Source of the DNA: a virus | Taxonomy: Duplodnaviria > Caudoviricetes | Strand: one strand, 5' to 3' | Virus record (IMG/VR): IMGVR_UViG_3300049893_000864 | Span: 1-54,417 of that record | Length of the DNA stretch: 54,417 bases | Shown here: positions 43,980 to 53,586 of the stretch, in pieces | Layout of the letters: each line of letters opens with the position of its first letter | Numbering within the stretch: position 1 is the first letter of the stretch | Translations under genes and position numbers: made by a program | The notes under the pieces: model-generated | The model's database searches: none | What the model saw: the letters and a program-made list of their open reading frames with translations, nothing else | What the model was told of the DNA's origin: nothing

Positions 43980-45059
43980 ATGCTCTATTTCGGCGTCGTT
44001 GAAGATCGGATGGACCCTGAACATTTGGGTCGGTGTCGTGTTCGTATCGTAGGCGTACACTCAGAAGATAAGGTAGCTTTGCCAACCAAGGATTTGCCTT
44101 GGGCGTGGCCTATTATGCCTCTCAATAGTGCATCGGTCAGTGGTGTTGGTGAAACTCCATTAGGCCCGGTTGCGGGTTCATGGGTCGCTATCATGTTTCG
44201 TGATCCACAAGACATGCAACAACCTATTATGATCGGCACGGTTGGCGGCAAACCATCAGAACGTCCACCAGCAGGATCAACCTTTGCAGACCCTAATGCC
44301 GAGTGGCCTCGTACTGGATACTACCAAAAAAATCAACCAGACACAAATAAACTAGCACGAGCCGAACATATTGAAGATACAATTGTGGCAAAAAAGGCTG
44401 CTAATCGCATGCCACCACGACCCATTCTAAATAGCGGACCACCTTTAGGTGTTTGGACACAACCACCTGCACCATACTTTCCAATCTACCCGTATAATCA
44501 CGTTACAGAAACCGAATCAGGACATGTGCGTGAATATGACGATACACCTACGTCAGAAAGAATTCATCATTATCATAAAGCAGGAACCTTTGAAGAAATT
44601 GATCCAAATGGTTCTGTCGTGCGACGGATTGTAGGAAATGGATACGAAATCATCGACCATGATGGATTTGTGTCGATAGATGGATGTTGCGTAATTCACG
44701 TATCAAAGGATGCTGCTATTCAAGTAGCAGGAGCAGCGCATGTAACAGCGGTTAAAAACGTCAACGTGCAATCGCTCAACGCAAAGGTAAATGTGACTGC
44801 ACCAGAAAAGATCACATTAACAGCAGGATCAGACCTGCAATTAATCTGCAAGAACCTATTGGTTGATGCCAGCGGCAACATTTCAATGAAGGCTAGTGGA
44901 AAGATGGACGTTAGTGTATCTGGTGAAATGAAGCTACAAGCTTCAACAATCTACGAAGAATGTGGTGCCGATCCAACTGATGTTGATCGTAACACTTGGA
45001 CAACATTTGATACTAGCCAACTATGGCAATCACCATTGTATAGGTTTAGATTCGCATAA
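43980..45059 (+). CDS. gp5: Baseplate central spike gp5 (OB fold + beta-helix, no lysozyme domain)
   Basis: GVVEDRMDPEHLGRCRVRIVGVH, LPTKDLPWA, YPYNHVTETESGHVREYDDTP. Confidence 0.93.
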   Translation: MLYFGVVEDRMDPEHLGRCRVRIVGVHSEDKVALPTKDLPWAWPIMPLNSASVSGVGETPLGPVAGSWVAIMFRDPQDMQQPIMIGTVGGKPSERPPAGSTFADPNAEWPRTGYYQKNQPDTNKLARAEHIEDTIVAKKAANRMPPRPILNSGPPLGVWTQPPAPYFPIYPYNHVTETESGHVREYDDTPTSERIHHYHKAGTFEEIDPNGSVVRRIVGNGYEIIDHDGFVSIDGCCVIHVSKDAAIQVAGAAHVTAVKNVNVQSLNAKVNVTAPEKITLTAGSDLQLICKNLLVDASGNISMKASGKMDVSVSGEMKLQASTIYEECGADPTDVDRNTWTTFDTSQLWQSPLYRFRFA

Positions 45060-45062
45060 GAG

Positions 45063-45085
45063 AAAAGGGGCCGAAGCCCCTTTTT
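45063..45085. terminator. Bidirectional terminator between gp5 and gp32
   Basis: aaaaggggc-cgaa-gccccttttt. Confidence 0.9.
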
Positions 45086-45094
45086 CTTTGCTTA

Positions 45095-45949
45095 TTATTC
45101 TTCTGTTTCTTCTGCGAGAGATCGGAAGTAATCCATGTTATCTTCATCAGCAGCAGGTGCCTTATCAACCTTCTTGCCAGAAGTTCTTACTGGACGAGAT
45201 TCCCCATCATCAGTAGCCTTGGCAGGTGATTCGTCCACGACAGCAACGGCCCTCTTGAACTTAACATTCAATTCGTCAAACGTCTTGAATGTGGTCGGAT
45301 CAATATGACCTTGAAGATCGTGAAGTTGTCCAAGGATTTCCTTTTGCTTCTTCGCAGGAATTGCGCTTACAACATCAAACTCTGACTTATCAAAGTTGGC
45401 GAAACCATCAACCTTGCGAATCTTGAGTTTGAAGTTTGCACCTTCAGTCATGTCAAAGATGTCAACCGGCTTTTCATCCACAAACTCGGCTGGCGGTTCC
45501 ATAGTATCAAGCAACTTCTGCATGATCTTCTTGCCAAACTTGAATTTGAATACCTTGCCTTCGTTATCCGTATTCTTCGGATCACTGACTACTAGCACGT
45601 TAGCAATGAATGCCTCCCGACGCTTGCGCTTGCGAACAATATCCTTGTTTGATTCAATACCGGAATTCCAAAGAACACCGTTTGCTTGACAAACTGGACA
45701 CTCTCCACCAATCGTGGTAGGACACTTCTCAATGAACCAACGACCTGATGCACCTTGAAACCCGTGATCATAGACCCTGACAAATGGAAGATCATCTTCG
45801 GTCTTTCCGGGTAGGAAACGGATAATTGCATAACCGTTGCCAGCCTTGTCAAGTTCAGCCCTCCAGAAGTTTTCGTCATCTTGACGATCACCACCACCAG
45901 ATTGCTTCATTGCCTTCATTGCTTCGAGAATTTTATTGAAATTCGACAT
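45095..45949 (-). CDS. gp32: Single-stranded DNA-binding protein gp32
   Basis: LDKAGNGYAIIRFLP, HGFQG, CPTTIG..CPVC, NEGKVFKFKFGKKI, GANFKLKIRKV; acidic tail. Confidence 0.97.
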   Translation of the reverse strand: MSNFNKILEAMKAMKQSGGGDRQDDENFWRAELDKAGNGYAIIRFLPGKTEDDLPFVRVYDHGFQGASGRWFIEKCPTTIGGECPVCQANGVLWNSGIESNKDIVRKRKRREAFIANVLVVSDPKNTDNEGKVFKFKFGKKIMQKLLDTMEPPAEFVDEKPVDIFDMTEGANFKLKIRKVDGFANFDKSEFDVVSAIPAKKQKEILGQLHDLQGHIDPTTFKTFDELNVKFKRAVAVVDESPAKATDDGESRPVRTSGKKVDKAPAADEDNMDYFRSLAEETEE

Positions 45950-46024
45950 CTGTAAACTCCGTTAAACGTTATTAAACGATTGTAATCATAATCAAACATT
46001 CCTCATCAAAACATCATCATATAT

Positions 46025-46270
46025 TTAGCACGAATATGTCCATTTATCACCAACATAACTACACCCACTCAACCAAATCTCTTCAAGAATACCAGCACCA
46101 AATCTCTTAATGGCAGCATCCTTAGTCATCAAAATATCATTTGATGGCATTCGCAATTCCAAGGGATTTCGTTCTTCTCTTACTAAACCAGTGCGAACAC
46201 TATAAATAAAATACTTTGATAGCCTATCATAGTATGATAACTGATTACCGTCAAGTTTGGCAGTATACAT
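46025..46270 (-). CDS. Hypothetical protein (possible degenerate HNH-associated fragment)
   Basis: Co-oriented ORF; IWLSGCSYV end. Confidence 0.5.
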   Translation of the reverse strand: MYTAKLDGNQLSYYDRLSKYFIYSVRTGLVREERNPLELRMPSNDILMTKDAAIKRFGAGILEEIWLSGCSYVGDKWTYSC

Positions 46271-46271
46271 G

Positions 46272-46454
46272 TTATTTCCTCAACAGGTATTTTACTTCTT
46301 CTGCTAATTGAGGATCGAAGTCCTCTGCGTCATCAAGAAGGCTATCATCGAAAAACTTACGATTGATTGCATTCTTACGGGCACGAAAATCATGCGCCGA
46401 AACCTTACCATCAACTTCTTCATCTTGACGATGGGTATTACGCTTGTTGCTCAT
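46272..46454 (-). CDS. Small hypothetical protein
   Basis: Common position after gp59. Confidence 0.6.
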   Translation of the reverse strand: MSNKRNTHRQDEEVDGKVSAHDFRARKNAINRKFFDDSLLDDAEDFDPQLAEEVKYLLRK

Positions 46455-47067
46455 TTGAAACCTCTAACTCCTGTATTGAAGGTTGAATCCGATATGGATC
46501 ATACTTTACGAATGGTGCATACTTCGTTAAGAACATTAACTGGTCTGCAACAAACGGGTCTTTCTTGGCAATATCCATCATGGTATCAAAATATACTGGA
46601 CCCATTTCATTGATGATTATTGCCGTCTCTGGCGTGATGACCTTGCGGACATACATCTGCCAAATTGGTGGGTAATTACCACCGGGCGTAAGATCAAACA
46701 ACGTCGAAAGCGGTTTTTGATACTCTTGCATCAATTCAATGATGTTTGAAACGTCGTCCGCCACAACCTTAGTGATACTTTCCCTAATTCTAGTCCATTT
46801 AAGGAATGAACCATTAGCATTATCAAATGCTTGATATAACCATTTGTCATCACCATGAACAAAATTGGCTATACAAAACTGACCGGCTTTCTTTCTACCT
46901 ATTAACTTATTCGCCCAATATACAAATCGACCTTTATCATTTCTGTTTTCAAATGCTTGAATAGTAACATTCACACGACCACCATAATCAAACACATTGT
47001 AGCGTGGTGAATGGAAATGCAGATCAAGCGCATGATATATCTTGAAGAACTCCCATCCAGTTAACAT
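46438..47067 (-). CDS. gp59: Helicase loader gp59
   Basis: IYHALDLHF...YNVFDYGG, FENRNDK, ITPETAII, KYAPFV. Confidence 0.9.
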   Translation of the reverse strand: MLTGWEFFKIYHALDLHFHSPRYNVFDYGGRVNVTIQAFENRNDKGRFVYWANKLIGRKKAGQFCIANFVHGDDKWLYQAFDNANGSFLKWTRIRESITKVVADDVSNIIELMQEYQKPLSTLFDLTPGGNYPPIWQMYVRKVITPETAIIINEMGPVYFDTMMDIAKKDPFVADQLMFLTKYAPFVKYDPYRIQPSIQELEVSNEQQA

Positions 47068-47301
47068 TTACGCCTCGATTGGTAACTTTCCTTCTTGTTT
47101 CAACAGTCCGATTTCCATACCTTCTAGTTTGATCTGATCTTTGAGCGCACCTTTTATTAAGGGAACAACTTCTTCTACAGCAATTGAATTAGATTCACAA
47201 AAATGGATGATTGCATCAATCAAGCTAACCTCATGTTCCTCGGCCAATTTGCGAATCGTTTTGGTGAACATGTATGGTGTCATAAATTTATCGGCTGCCA
47301 T
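47068..47301 (-). CDS. gp33: Late promoter transcription coactivator gp33
   Basis: SLIDAIIHFCESNSIAVEEV..LI...LKDQIKLE...KLPI. Confidence 0.9.
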   Translation of the reverse strand: MAADKFMTPYMFTKTIRKLAEEHEVSLIDAIIHFCESNSIAVEEVVPLIKGALKDQIKLEGMEIGLLKQEGKLPIEA

Positions 47302-47566
47302 ACTTATCCTTAATTTCCCTTAGGTATTTAAGCACACTCCAAATCGCAAGGTCTTGACTTGTAGCATCACGACGATATTCAGTCCAATCAGAACCATGAT
47401 ACGCTTCTATATTTGCCCATACTTCAAGCTTGCCAGTTTCACTGTTAACCATAACAAAGTTTCCATATCCTAGCATACTTTGCAAATAGTCAACAGCAAT
47501 CTCATGACTTTGTTTTCTTGTTAACTCAATCATTTCAACATTAACGGTCTCATGTCGAATTTTCAT
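47288..47566 (-). CDS. Hypothetical protein
   Basis: Overlapping chain. Confidence 0.65.
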   Translation of the reverse strand: MKIRHETVNVEMIELTRKQSHEIAVDYLQSMLGYGNFVMVNSETGKLEVWANIEAYHGSDWTEYRRDATSQDLAIWSVLKYLREIKDKYGSR

Positions 47567-47757
47567 TTTTTCGCTTTCAAGTTTGCCTTACACACAAATT
47601 TTGGATACTTTGGATTACGTTCATCGAGAATTGCGACGAATTCCACACCATCAATATACTTCACTGCAAAGGGAGTGAACACCTTAACAACATCACCTGA
47701 TGGTTCCAGTTCATATTCAACGGTTGTTAGGTGGTTGCCTTTATAAAATATTTGCAT
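47563..47757 (-). CDS. Hypothetical protein
   Basis: Overlapping chain. Confidence 0.6.
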   Translation of the reverse strand: MQIFYKGNHLTTVEYELEPSGDVVKVFTPFAVKYIDGVEFVAILDERNPKYPKFVCKANLKAKK

Positions 47758-48068
47758 ACATTGTACCTATCTAATAGTTCATGATATAAGTTCCACCCAC
47801 GCCTATCTTTCTCATTCATGGAATATTGCTTGGCTACTTCATCATCATAAATGAACCTATTGATTTCAGATTCAACCTCTAGGAATTCATCATGAACACA
47901 ATTTCGCCACAATCCAACTGAATTGTTCATTCTGGCATTCTCAAATAACTTTGCTTTTCGCTTGAACAACTCAGAACCCTTTTTAGTAAAAAGTTTAAGT
48001 CCAGCCTCCGGTTTCGGAACAATAGATGAAGTACCAGACATGGCAGTTACCACTGTTATCTGATGCAT
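47727..48068 (-). CDS. Hypothetical protein
   Basis: Overlapping chain. Confidence 0.6.
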   Translation of the reverse strand: MHQITVVTAMSGTSSIVPKPEAGLKLFTKKGSELFKRKAKLFENARMNNSVGLWRNCVHDEFLEVESEINRFIYDDEVAKQYSMNEKDRRGWNLYHELLDRYNVCKYFIKATT

Positions 48069-48373
48069 CAGTTAGCCCCCGGAATAAGAGAAGCAAGTAC
48101 AAGGCCAGAAGTAGCCTGAATGTACTTGTTTACCGTATTTTCAGATGGATGTAGAATACGACCCATCAAGCCGCTACGATGCAACTCGATACGATCTAAC
48201 TTGTCATCCGCCAAAAACGAAAAGGGAATCAACTGTCCAGCAGCTTGACCGGACTGTATTCCCTGAATTATGAAGATGCGAGGATTATCCAAAGTGATAG
48301 CCTTGTCATCTTCTGATACGAATCGACCAATGATGTCCTCACCAGTCATAGTCTTATATACACGAATTTCCAT
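48068..48373 (-). CDS. Conserved T4-like Sm-fold protein
   Basis: KTMTGEDIIG...LDNP...YIQATSGLVL; start reassigned to MEIR. Confidence 0.75.
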   Translation of the reverse strand: MEIRVYKTMTGEDIIGRFVSEDDKAITLDNPRIFIIQGIQSGQAAGQLIPFSFLADDKLDRIELHRSGLMGRILHPSENTVNKYIQATSGLVLASLIPGAN

Positions 48374-48384
48374 TTGTTTACCTT

Positions 48385-48687
48385 TCACGAAGCAAAACGA
48401 TTTTCCGACCCAGTAATGATTTCGCACTTGTAAACACCACTACCAAGATCACCAATTCTTGCAACACCACGGAAGTCTACCATTACACTAGACGATCCTG
48501 TTACAATTTCAGAGGGATGTCCGCAGTCAGACAATATACTATCTCCTAGTCTAGCAGTCCCACGATTATTTGTCAAATCATCACTTGATGCAGTTGTGAT
48601 TTCTCCGCCTACCTTTTTGGGTGGATTATGCGAAGGATGATAACATGTACCAAAGGTTCTATCTCCTAATCTAGCGACTCCTCTCAT
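48385..48687 (-). CDS. PAAR spike-tip protein (gp5.4-like)
   Basis: Three VARLGD/TARLGD/VARIGD repeats, CGH, GSSSV; start reassigned to MRGV. Confidence 0.9.
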   Translation of the reverse strand: MRGVARLGDRTFGTCYHPSHNPPKKVGGEITTASSDDLTNNRGTARLGDSILSDCGHPSEIVTGSSSVMVDFRGVARIGDLGSGVYKCEIITGSENRFAS

Positions 48688-48688
48688 A

Positions 48689-49336
48689 TTAACACCTGAA
48701 TGCTCCAATATTATTGACTTGTGCCGCAAAATTAACAGCGGAACCACTTGAAGATGAAATAACACTCAACTGTGCTGCTCCACCAATTCGGCCAAATACA
48801 TCGCTTTGTAAGCCTTTAATAATTGCTGGAGTCATTGGTGCTGTTGGACCCAATCCACTCATTAAGGATTTTGCTGCTGACATTGCATGACCACTACCAG
48901 CAGTTGAAGGATTTGCAATCATTGCAGCAATTGTCGATGTTGGTAGTTTTGCCAATGAAGCAGCAGCACCAACACAAGTGACGGCCTTAACTGCCGTCAT
49001 CATCGATTGAATTCCAGTAACCATTTTGTCAATAGCTGCATTAACAGCAGTATACATGTTGTTAGCTGTCTGCACAATTGATGCAAGCATAGTAAGACCA
49101 GCATCGGTAATCGACCCAACAAATCCTCTGATTGTAGAGATTATGCTAGAGACACCATCACTAATCTTTGTAAGAGCGGCTTTTATATCGCTCCCGGCAC
49201 CACTCACTCCAGAAAGTCCGGCAAATGTTCCCATGATAGCACAGTTGTTGCCTAAATTCATTGCAAATGATACATGGGCATCCTCTAAGTCGGAAAAACC
49301 AGTAACGAGGGAAGTACTGAATGCTTGACATGCCAT
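48689..49336 (-). CDS. Ala/Ser/Gly-rich putative virion protein
   Basis: Small-residue helical composition; adjacent to the PAAR gene. Confidence 0.65.
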   Translation of the reverse strand: MACQAFSTSLVTGFSDLEDAHVSFAMNLGNNCAIMGTFAGLSGVSGAGSDIKAALTKISDGVSSIISTIRGFVGSITDAGLTMLASIVQTANNMYTAVNAAIDKMVTGIQSMMTAVKAVTCVGAAASLAKLPTSTIAAMIANPSTAGSGHAMSAAKSLMSGLGPTAPMTPAIIKGLQSDVFGRIGGAAQLSVISSSSGSAVNFAAQVNNIGAFRC

Positions 49337-49345
49337 AGTGAATCC

Positions 49346-49837
49346 TTAAATGTGATAAAATGAATGGTTTCCAATTGCGGCGATGAACTCCATTTGATTT
49401 GCCCATTTTGGTCTCATATCTGAGCGGTGAAAATTTGTTGCCCTAATTGTGGGCTTCTCACGTCCGCTGATAAAATCCCGAGCCAATTTCATTGTATCCC
49501 TACTGAATCTAATTTGAGTTAAGCCTGTAAATTGAGACTTCTGAAAAACAATACCACAGATTGTATTGGGAAACAGTCTACTTTTCAAGCGATTCATTAC
49601 GACAGAAGCAACTGCTTTCTGTCCTTCAAGACTTTCGCCTCTAGCTTCATGCCAGATCACACTTGCTAAACATTGGTGTGCATCTGGACCCTTGTTTTTC
49701 TTGTCTACCTTTTTTTGCATTGATACATGTTGTTTCCATGCTGAAATTTCTTTGGCAGTGGGTTTCCACGTAATCACTGGTGCGACTGCTTTGAAACATA
49801 TCCCAAACATCATTATAACGATTAGGAGTAATTTCAT
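49346..49837 (-). CDS. Cell-wall hydrolase, SleB/Hydrolase_2 family
   Basis: Signal peptide; CLASVIWHEARGESLEGQKAVASVVMNR, FPNTICGIVFQKSQF, IGNHSFY. Confidence 0.92.
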   Translation of the reverse strand: MKLLLIVIMMFGICFKAVAPVITWKPTAKEISAWKQHVSMQKKVDKKNKGPDAHQCLASVIWHEARGESLEGQKAVASVVMNRLKSRLFPNTICGIVFQKSQFTGLTQIRFSRDTMKLARDFISGREKPTIRATNFHRSDMRPKWANQMEFIAAIGNHSFYHI

Positions 49838-50035
49838 TATAGTCCTTTCGAAAACCCGGTAACGGTTCCGGGTTGACATGCGTTGTCAAAGTAGTTCCTA
49901 TAAGCGCCATGAGGAACTTTCACACGAACGGGATTGGTGTGGCTATGAATCAGAATAGTCTAGTATCTAAGACTGCTCACGATTATATACCTGCCAGTGG
50001 GTGCGAGATACATCGCTTGTTCCTACCCCGATTAC

Positions 50036-51175
50036 CTATTTAGCCATAACTTCTAATCGAGTTGACGCATGGCTAAAATCATAAATGGTATCAATTGGAT
50101 ACCGACGCAGTTCATGCTTCTTCCAGTATTGCTTATAGTTAGGTTCTTGACCCTTGAATTGTTGCATCAACAAGCTAAACAATGCATGACCATTGAACTT
50201 AACTGCGAAATCCTTAACTGAAAGGTGCTTGAACTTCTCGACAATCGCTTCGACTTGCGAACGATAGCCGGCCAATGCTTGCGTCACTTCACGTTCGATT
50301 GCTTCAACACGATCAACTTCCTTACCAATGCTGAACAGAAATGACTTCAGATCATCGATCTTTTCATCGAGAACCATTTCTGCAACATCACGCATACGAA
50401 GTTCAGTAACAGCATGGTGCCGCTTCAAATACCATTCGGTCTTTAACTTTACCCGAACATTACTCTCAGGCCACCAGATTACCCAACCTTCAACACCTTC
50501 AACATTTCGACCATGATCGAGAATGTCATCCAGTGACATATCGGTAATAACGTCGATTGGCTTTACACTAAACCGCTTTGCAAGACCAACCACATCATCC
50601 CAATTCATGTATGAGCCATCGAAATTGTTTCGAACAGCCAACAACACAAATTGTGGAGTGTCACCATAATCGATAACTATTTTGCTGTTAGGCGACGTGT
50701 ATTCAAAGATTGGAGTCCAATCGGTTTTAAGCAAGTACGACGACAATGCTATAACATTGTCATTTGCATTACGATTAGCATCCAATGCAACATCAGAATA
50801 AAATGACTTCTTCGTTTTGAAGAAAACGTGCGATTTACCCTGAGTCGAAACCAATACAGGTTGAATCATCGAACCATCACGTTTATCCATGATGATTACA
50901 GGACCGCCCGGCAAGTTATGTACTTGCGTTTCTTCACGCTCATTCACATTGAAAAACTTCTGGAATGGCGCAGATACGCAGTTACCATACTTATCAAAAA
51001 CAATACCACGACATTCACGGGTATATGGGTTCTTCCAAAAATCAGCATCAGCAACCATATACGAAACAATGGTGAAGATGAAATCCTCACCATTGAAGCG
51101 AACACCTTCACGCTTGAACTTTATCATGTCGTTGTATCGCAACGAATCTAAAGAATCAATATGTGAGGGAAACAT
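50036..51175 (-). CDS. rnlA: RNA ligase 1 (RnlA-like)
   Basis: RECRGIVFD, PFQKFFNVNE, motif I MDKRDGS, FEYTSPNSKIV, EGWVI, KLKTEWY. Confidence 0.92.
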   Translation of the reverse strand: MFPSHIDSLDSLRYNDMIKFKREGVRFNGEDFIFTIVSYMVADADFWKNPYTRECRGIVFDKYGNCVSAPFQKFFNVNEREETQVHNLPGGPVIIMDKRDGSMIQPVLVSTQGKSHVFFKTKKSFYSDVALDANRNANDNVIALSSYLLKTDWTPIFEYTSPNSKIVIDYGDTPQFVLLAVRNNFDGSYMNWDDVVGLAKRFSVKPIDVITDMSLDDILDHGRNVEGVEGWVIWWPESNVRVKLKTEWYLKRHHAVTELRMRDVAEMVLDEKIDDLKSFLFSIGKEVDRVEAIEREVTQALAGYRSQVEAIVEKFKHLSVKDFAVKFNGHALFSLLMQQFKGQEPNYKQYWKKHELRRYPIDTIYDFSHASTRLEVMAK

Positions 51176-51189
51176 TTTGTACCTTTCTG

Positions 51190-52182
51190 TTAATCAAACT
51201 TCAATAAGTATCGTGTAGAGATAGCCTTGAAGTGAATTTCCGGGTTGGTGACGCACTTGAATACAATACCTTCTCTTTCACATGAAGGATTGATAATTGA
51301 CTTTCCTTCTGCGAAGGAAATTACTTCTTCGGCACTTTGAAAGTCAAGATACCCAAGAAAAGGAACATGCTCAACATTGTGAAGTGTTGCAAATTCCAAG
51401 CGGTTAACTAGACTCCACGGTTTTTGGCTACAGATGTCCCAAATGTTGAACAAATAAAATTTGTGACCCTTTTGATTCAACCTATTTCCATTAATGCCTT
51501 CACCAACCAATTCACCTTGAAGTGCTAGTGGCGCACCATGTTTTTTGAGTAGATCAATCAATCCTTGTGCCTTTGCTACCAACCAAAATGTATTATCTTC
51601 AGTTTCCTTCAAATCAAGGTTACGGGAGCATACACCAATATAACTAGAATGGTCACGGTAAACTGTCATTGAACTACCATCAAGTTTTTCAGTTACTTCA
51701 AATCTGAGTCCCCTGAATGAATCAAATTCTCGCACAAGGTTTTGGATACGTTCTTCATCAGTCTTTCTAATGAAGGATGGGAAATAGCCCTTAGTTACAC
51801 CTGCCAATTGAGCAGGAAGTGGCTTTTCATACTTCTTGATACCAAGAGCATCGGTAACATCATCACCTTCATTGAAGGTTCCATTAAGAATGGAAATAGG
51901 CAGCACTAATCCCTGACTGACTTGCCCACGCAACGTCACAGTACGTAGCCGCTCACCCTTAACACCTTCGAATTCCCTAGGAACAGTTCCCTTGACAAGA
52001 AATGGAGCAATCTCCATTGGAATCCAAGAATCAATTTCAAAGTAGACTACAAGATCACCAACCTTGAATTCCCCTTTCTTAACCACTACTCGCCAACCGT
52101 CGATTGTAGCAACTTCAATCTTGTCTGCACCCTCAATAGGATTCAATTCAAGAATCTTACGAATAGAAGCTAACTTTCTCAT
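51190..52182 (-). CDS. RNA ligase, DRB0094 family
   Basis: MRKLASIRKI...PIEGADKIE, LRGQVSQGL, KTDEERIQN, TEKLDGSS, QGELVG, REGIVFK, FKAIS. Confidence 0.92.
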   Translation of the reverse strand: MRKLASIRKILELNPIEGADKIEVATIDGWRVVVKKGEFKVGDLVVYFEIDSWIPMEIAPFLVKGTVPREFEGVKGERLRTVTLRGQVSQGLVLPISILNGTFNEGDDVTDALGIKKYEKPLPAQLAGVTKGYFPSFIRKTDEERIQNLVREFDSFRGLRFEVTEKLDGSSMTVYRDHSSYIGVCSRNLDLKETEDNTFWLVAKAQGLIDLLKKHGAPLALQGELVGEGINGNRLNQKGHKFYLFNIWDICSQKPWSLVNRLEFATLHNVEHVPFLGYLDFQSAEEVISFAEGKSIINPSCEREGIVFKCVTNPEIHFKAISTRYLLKFD

Positions 52183-52206
52183 TTTATCACCCAATATAAT
52201 TAATCA

Positions 52207-53112
52207 TTAAAACCTCACATAAGGGTTGCCGACTTGAAACACCTTCAAGCCGATTTCACGCCACATATCACAGACTTGTGGACGATCATCAATAACACCA
52301 ACAACGTTGTATCTTGGTGCTACATGCTCCCAAAACAATTCATTCTTGACAATTGCATCCTTCCTCATGTCGCCCTTGGTACGCATGATCAATTCATCGT
52401 ATGGAATGTAGTTCTTTTCGAGCCATTCCTTACTTTCATTGTAGCACACACCATCACGACCAGATAGAACAATGATATTTGCTCCAGCTAGGTTCATCGC
52501 ACAAACAAACCCTCGTACTGAGTTATCAACCTTATCCTCACCGACCTTCGCCCAATCATATGCCTTTCGATTTACCGTGTGAGCCAAAGTCCCGTCAAGG
52601 TCAACCATTACGGCAGACACAAGACTCGGATTTGGAACATAAACCTTTAGATCAGGAAATTCCTTACGGAAACGTTCGTATTGTTCAGCGATAACCTTCA
52701 TACCGACACCATTCGGTCGGCGGGCATCACGCTTGAAAGCTTCTTCAAGAGAAATAGGAAAAAGCTTAATGTCAACCTGATAACCAAGACCAGTAAGCTT
52801 GTCAATGAGCGCATCACGACGAACTTTATCAAGATTGGTATCAGCAATGATCAAATCAAGACCAAAGTCAGCCGCTTTCGCAATCTTCAGATCACATTGT
52901 TCAGTGACAAGGGGTTCATCTTTCCAGTTCCACAAATCCCACTGCACACCTTGACGACCAGTATATTGTTCAGCAGGAAAATTAGCCTGAATCATTTCCT
53001 CACGAACATAATCACGGCACACAACATCAATATATGGATTTCGCTTTTGTTCTTGTTCAGCCCAAAAGGTCTTACCAGATGCAGAAATACCGACACAAAT
53101 AGTTGCTTTCAT
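52207..53112 (-). CDS. pseT: Polynucleotide 5'-kinase/3'-phosphatase
   Basis: P-loop GISASGKT; HAD motifs DLDGTLA, SGR, DDRPQV. Confidence 0.95.
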   Translation of the reverse strand: MKATICVGISASGKTFWAEQEQKRNPYIDVVCRDYVREEMIQANFPAEQYTGRQGVQWDLWNWKDEPLVTEQCDLKIAKAADFGLDLIIADTNLDKVRRDALIDKLTGLGYQVDIKLFPISLEEAFKRDARRPNGVGMKVIAEQYERFRKEFPDLKVYVPNPSLVSAVMVDLDGTLAHTVNRKAYDWAKVGEDKVDNSVRGFVCAMNLAGANIIVLSGRDGVCYNESKEWLEKNYIPYDELIMRTKGDMRKDAIVKNELFWEHVAPRYNVVGVIDDRPQVCDMWREIGLKVFQVGNPYVRF

Positions 53113-53138
53113 TGAATAGTCCTTTCACCAATTCGCAT

Positions 53139-53167
53139 ATTATACCAAATTTGGGTTTATTTGTCAA
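53139..53167 (-). promoter_or_regulatory. Sigma70 early promoter of the RNA-repair operon
   Basis: TTGACA-17-TATAAT, perfect consensus. Confidence 0.9.
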
Positions 53168-53586
53168 TACCCTATTTCCAGAGTGATAGGTTCATTTTTC
53201 CCCACTGTAGCCTGTAGAATTTGCATCAAATCACCAAATGCAATCCTTGATTTCATGACCATATCTTCGCTTTTATCGTAGCCAACCAAGATACATCCAT
53301 CAGTATCTTCTGCGTATGATCCATTATGTATTCTGATTCCATCAAATCCCGGCACGTTAACAACTAACGGCATGATCTTCTTGAAGCGATTTGACATCGA
53401 AAGAATGACCTTGTATATACCGGCAGGAATAGCTGTCTTTCCTTTTATCTTCCATTGTGCGACAGGAACTCCGGGAAGTTCCCGGACAACATCTTCCAAA
53501 GTCCAACTAAAGTGTTTGCCATCAATAAGCAGTTCACCAATTGTTGATTTTGCGGATGACTTATTTCTTTTGATTGTTAATTTCAT
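53164..53586 (-). CDS. DUF5675-family protein
   Basis: STIGELLIDG..FSWTLED, TAIPAGIY, GIRIHNG...DTDGCILVG, SRIAF; start reassigned. Confidence 0.85.
   Translation of the reverse strand: MKLTIKRNKSSAKSTIGELLIDGKHFSWTLEDVVRELPGVPVAQWKIKGKTAIPAGIYKVILSMSNRFKKIMPLVVNVPGFDGIRIHNGSYAEDTDGCILVGYDKSEDMVMKSRIAFGDLMQILQATVGKNEPITLEIGY

Noticed and set aside
49845-50030. c-di-AMP (ydaO) riboswitch upstream of the wall hydrolase
   Set aside because: Conserved ydaO sequence blocks are not recognisable; kept only as an unknown structured leader.
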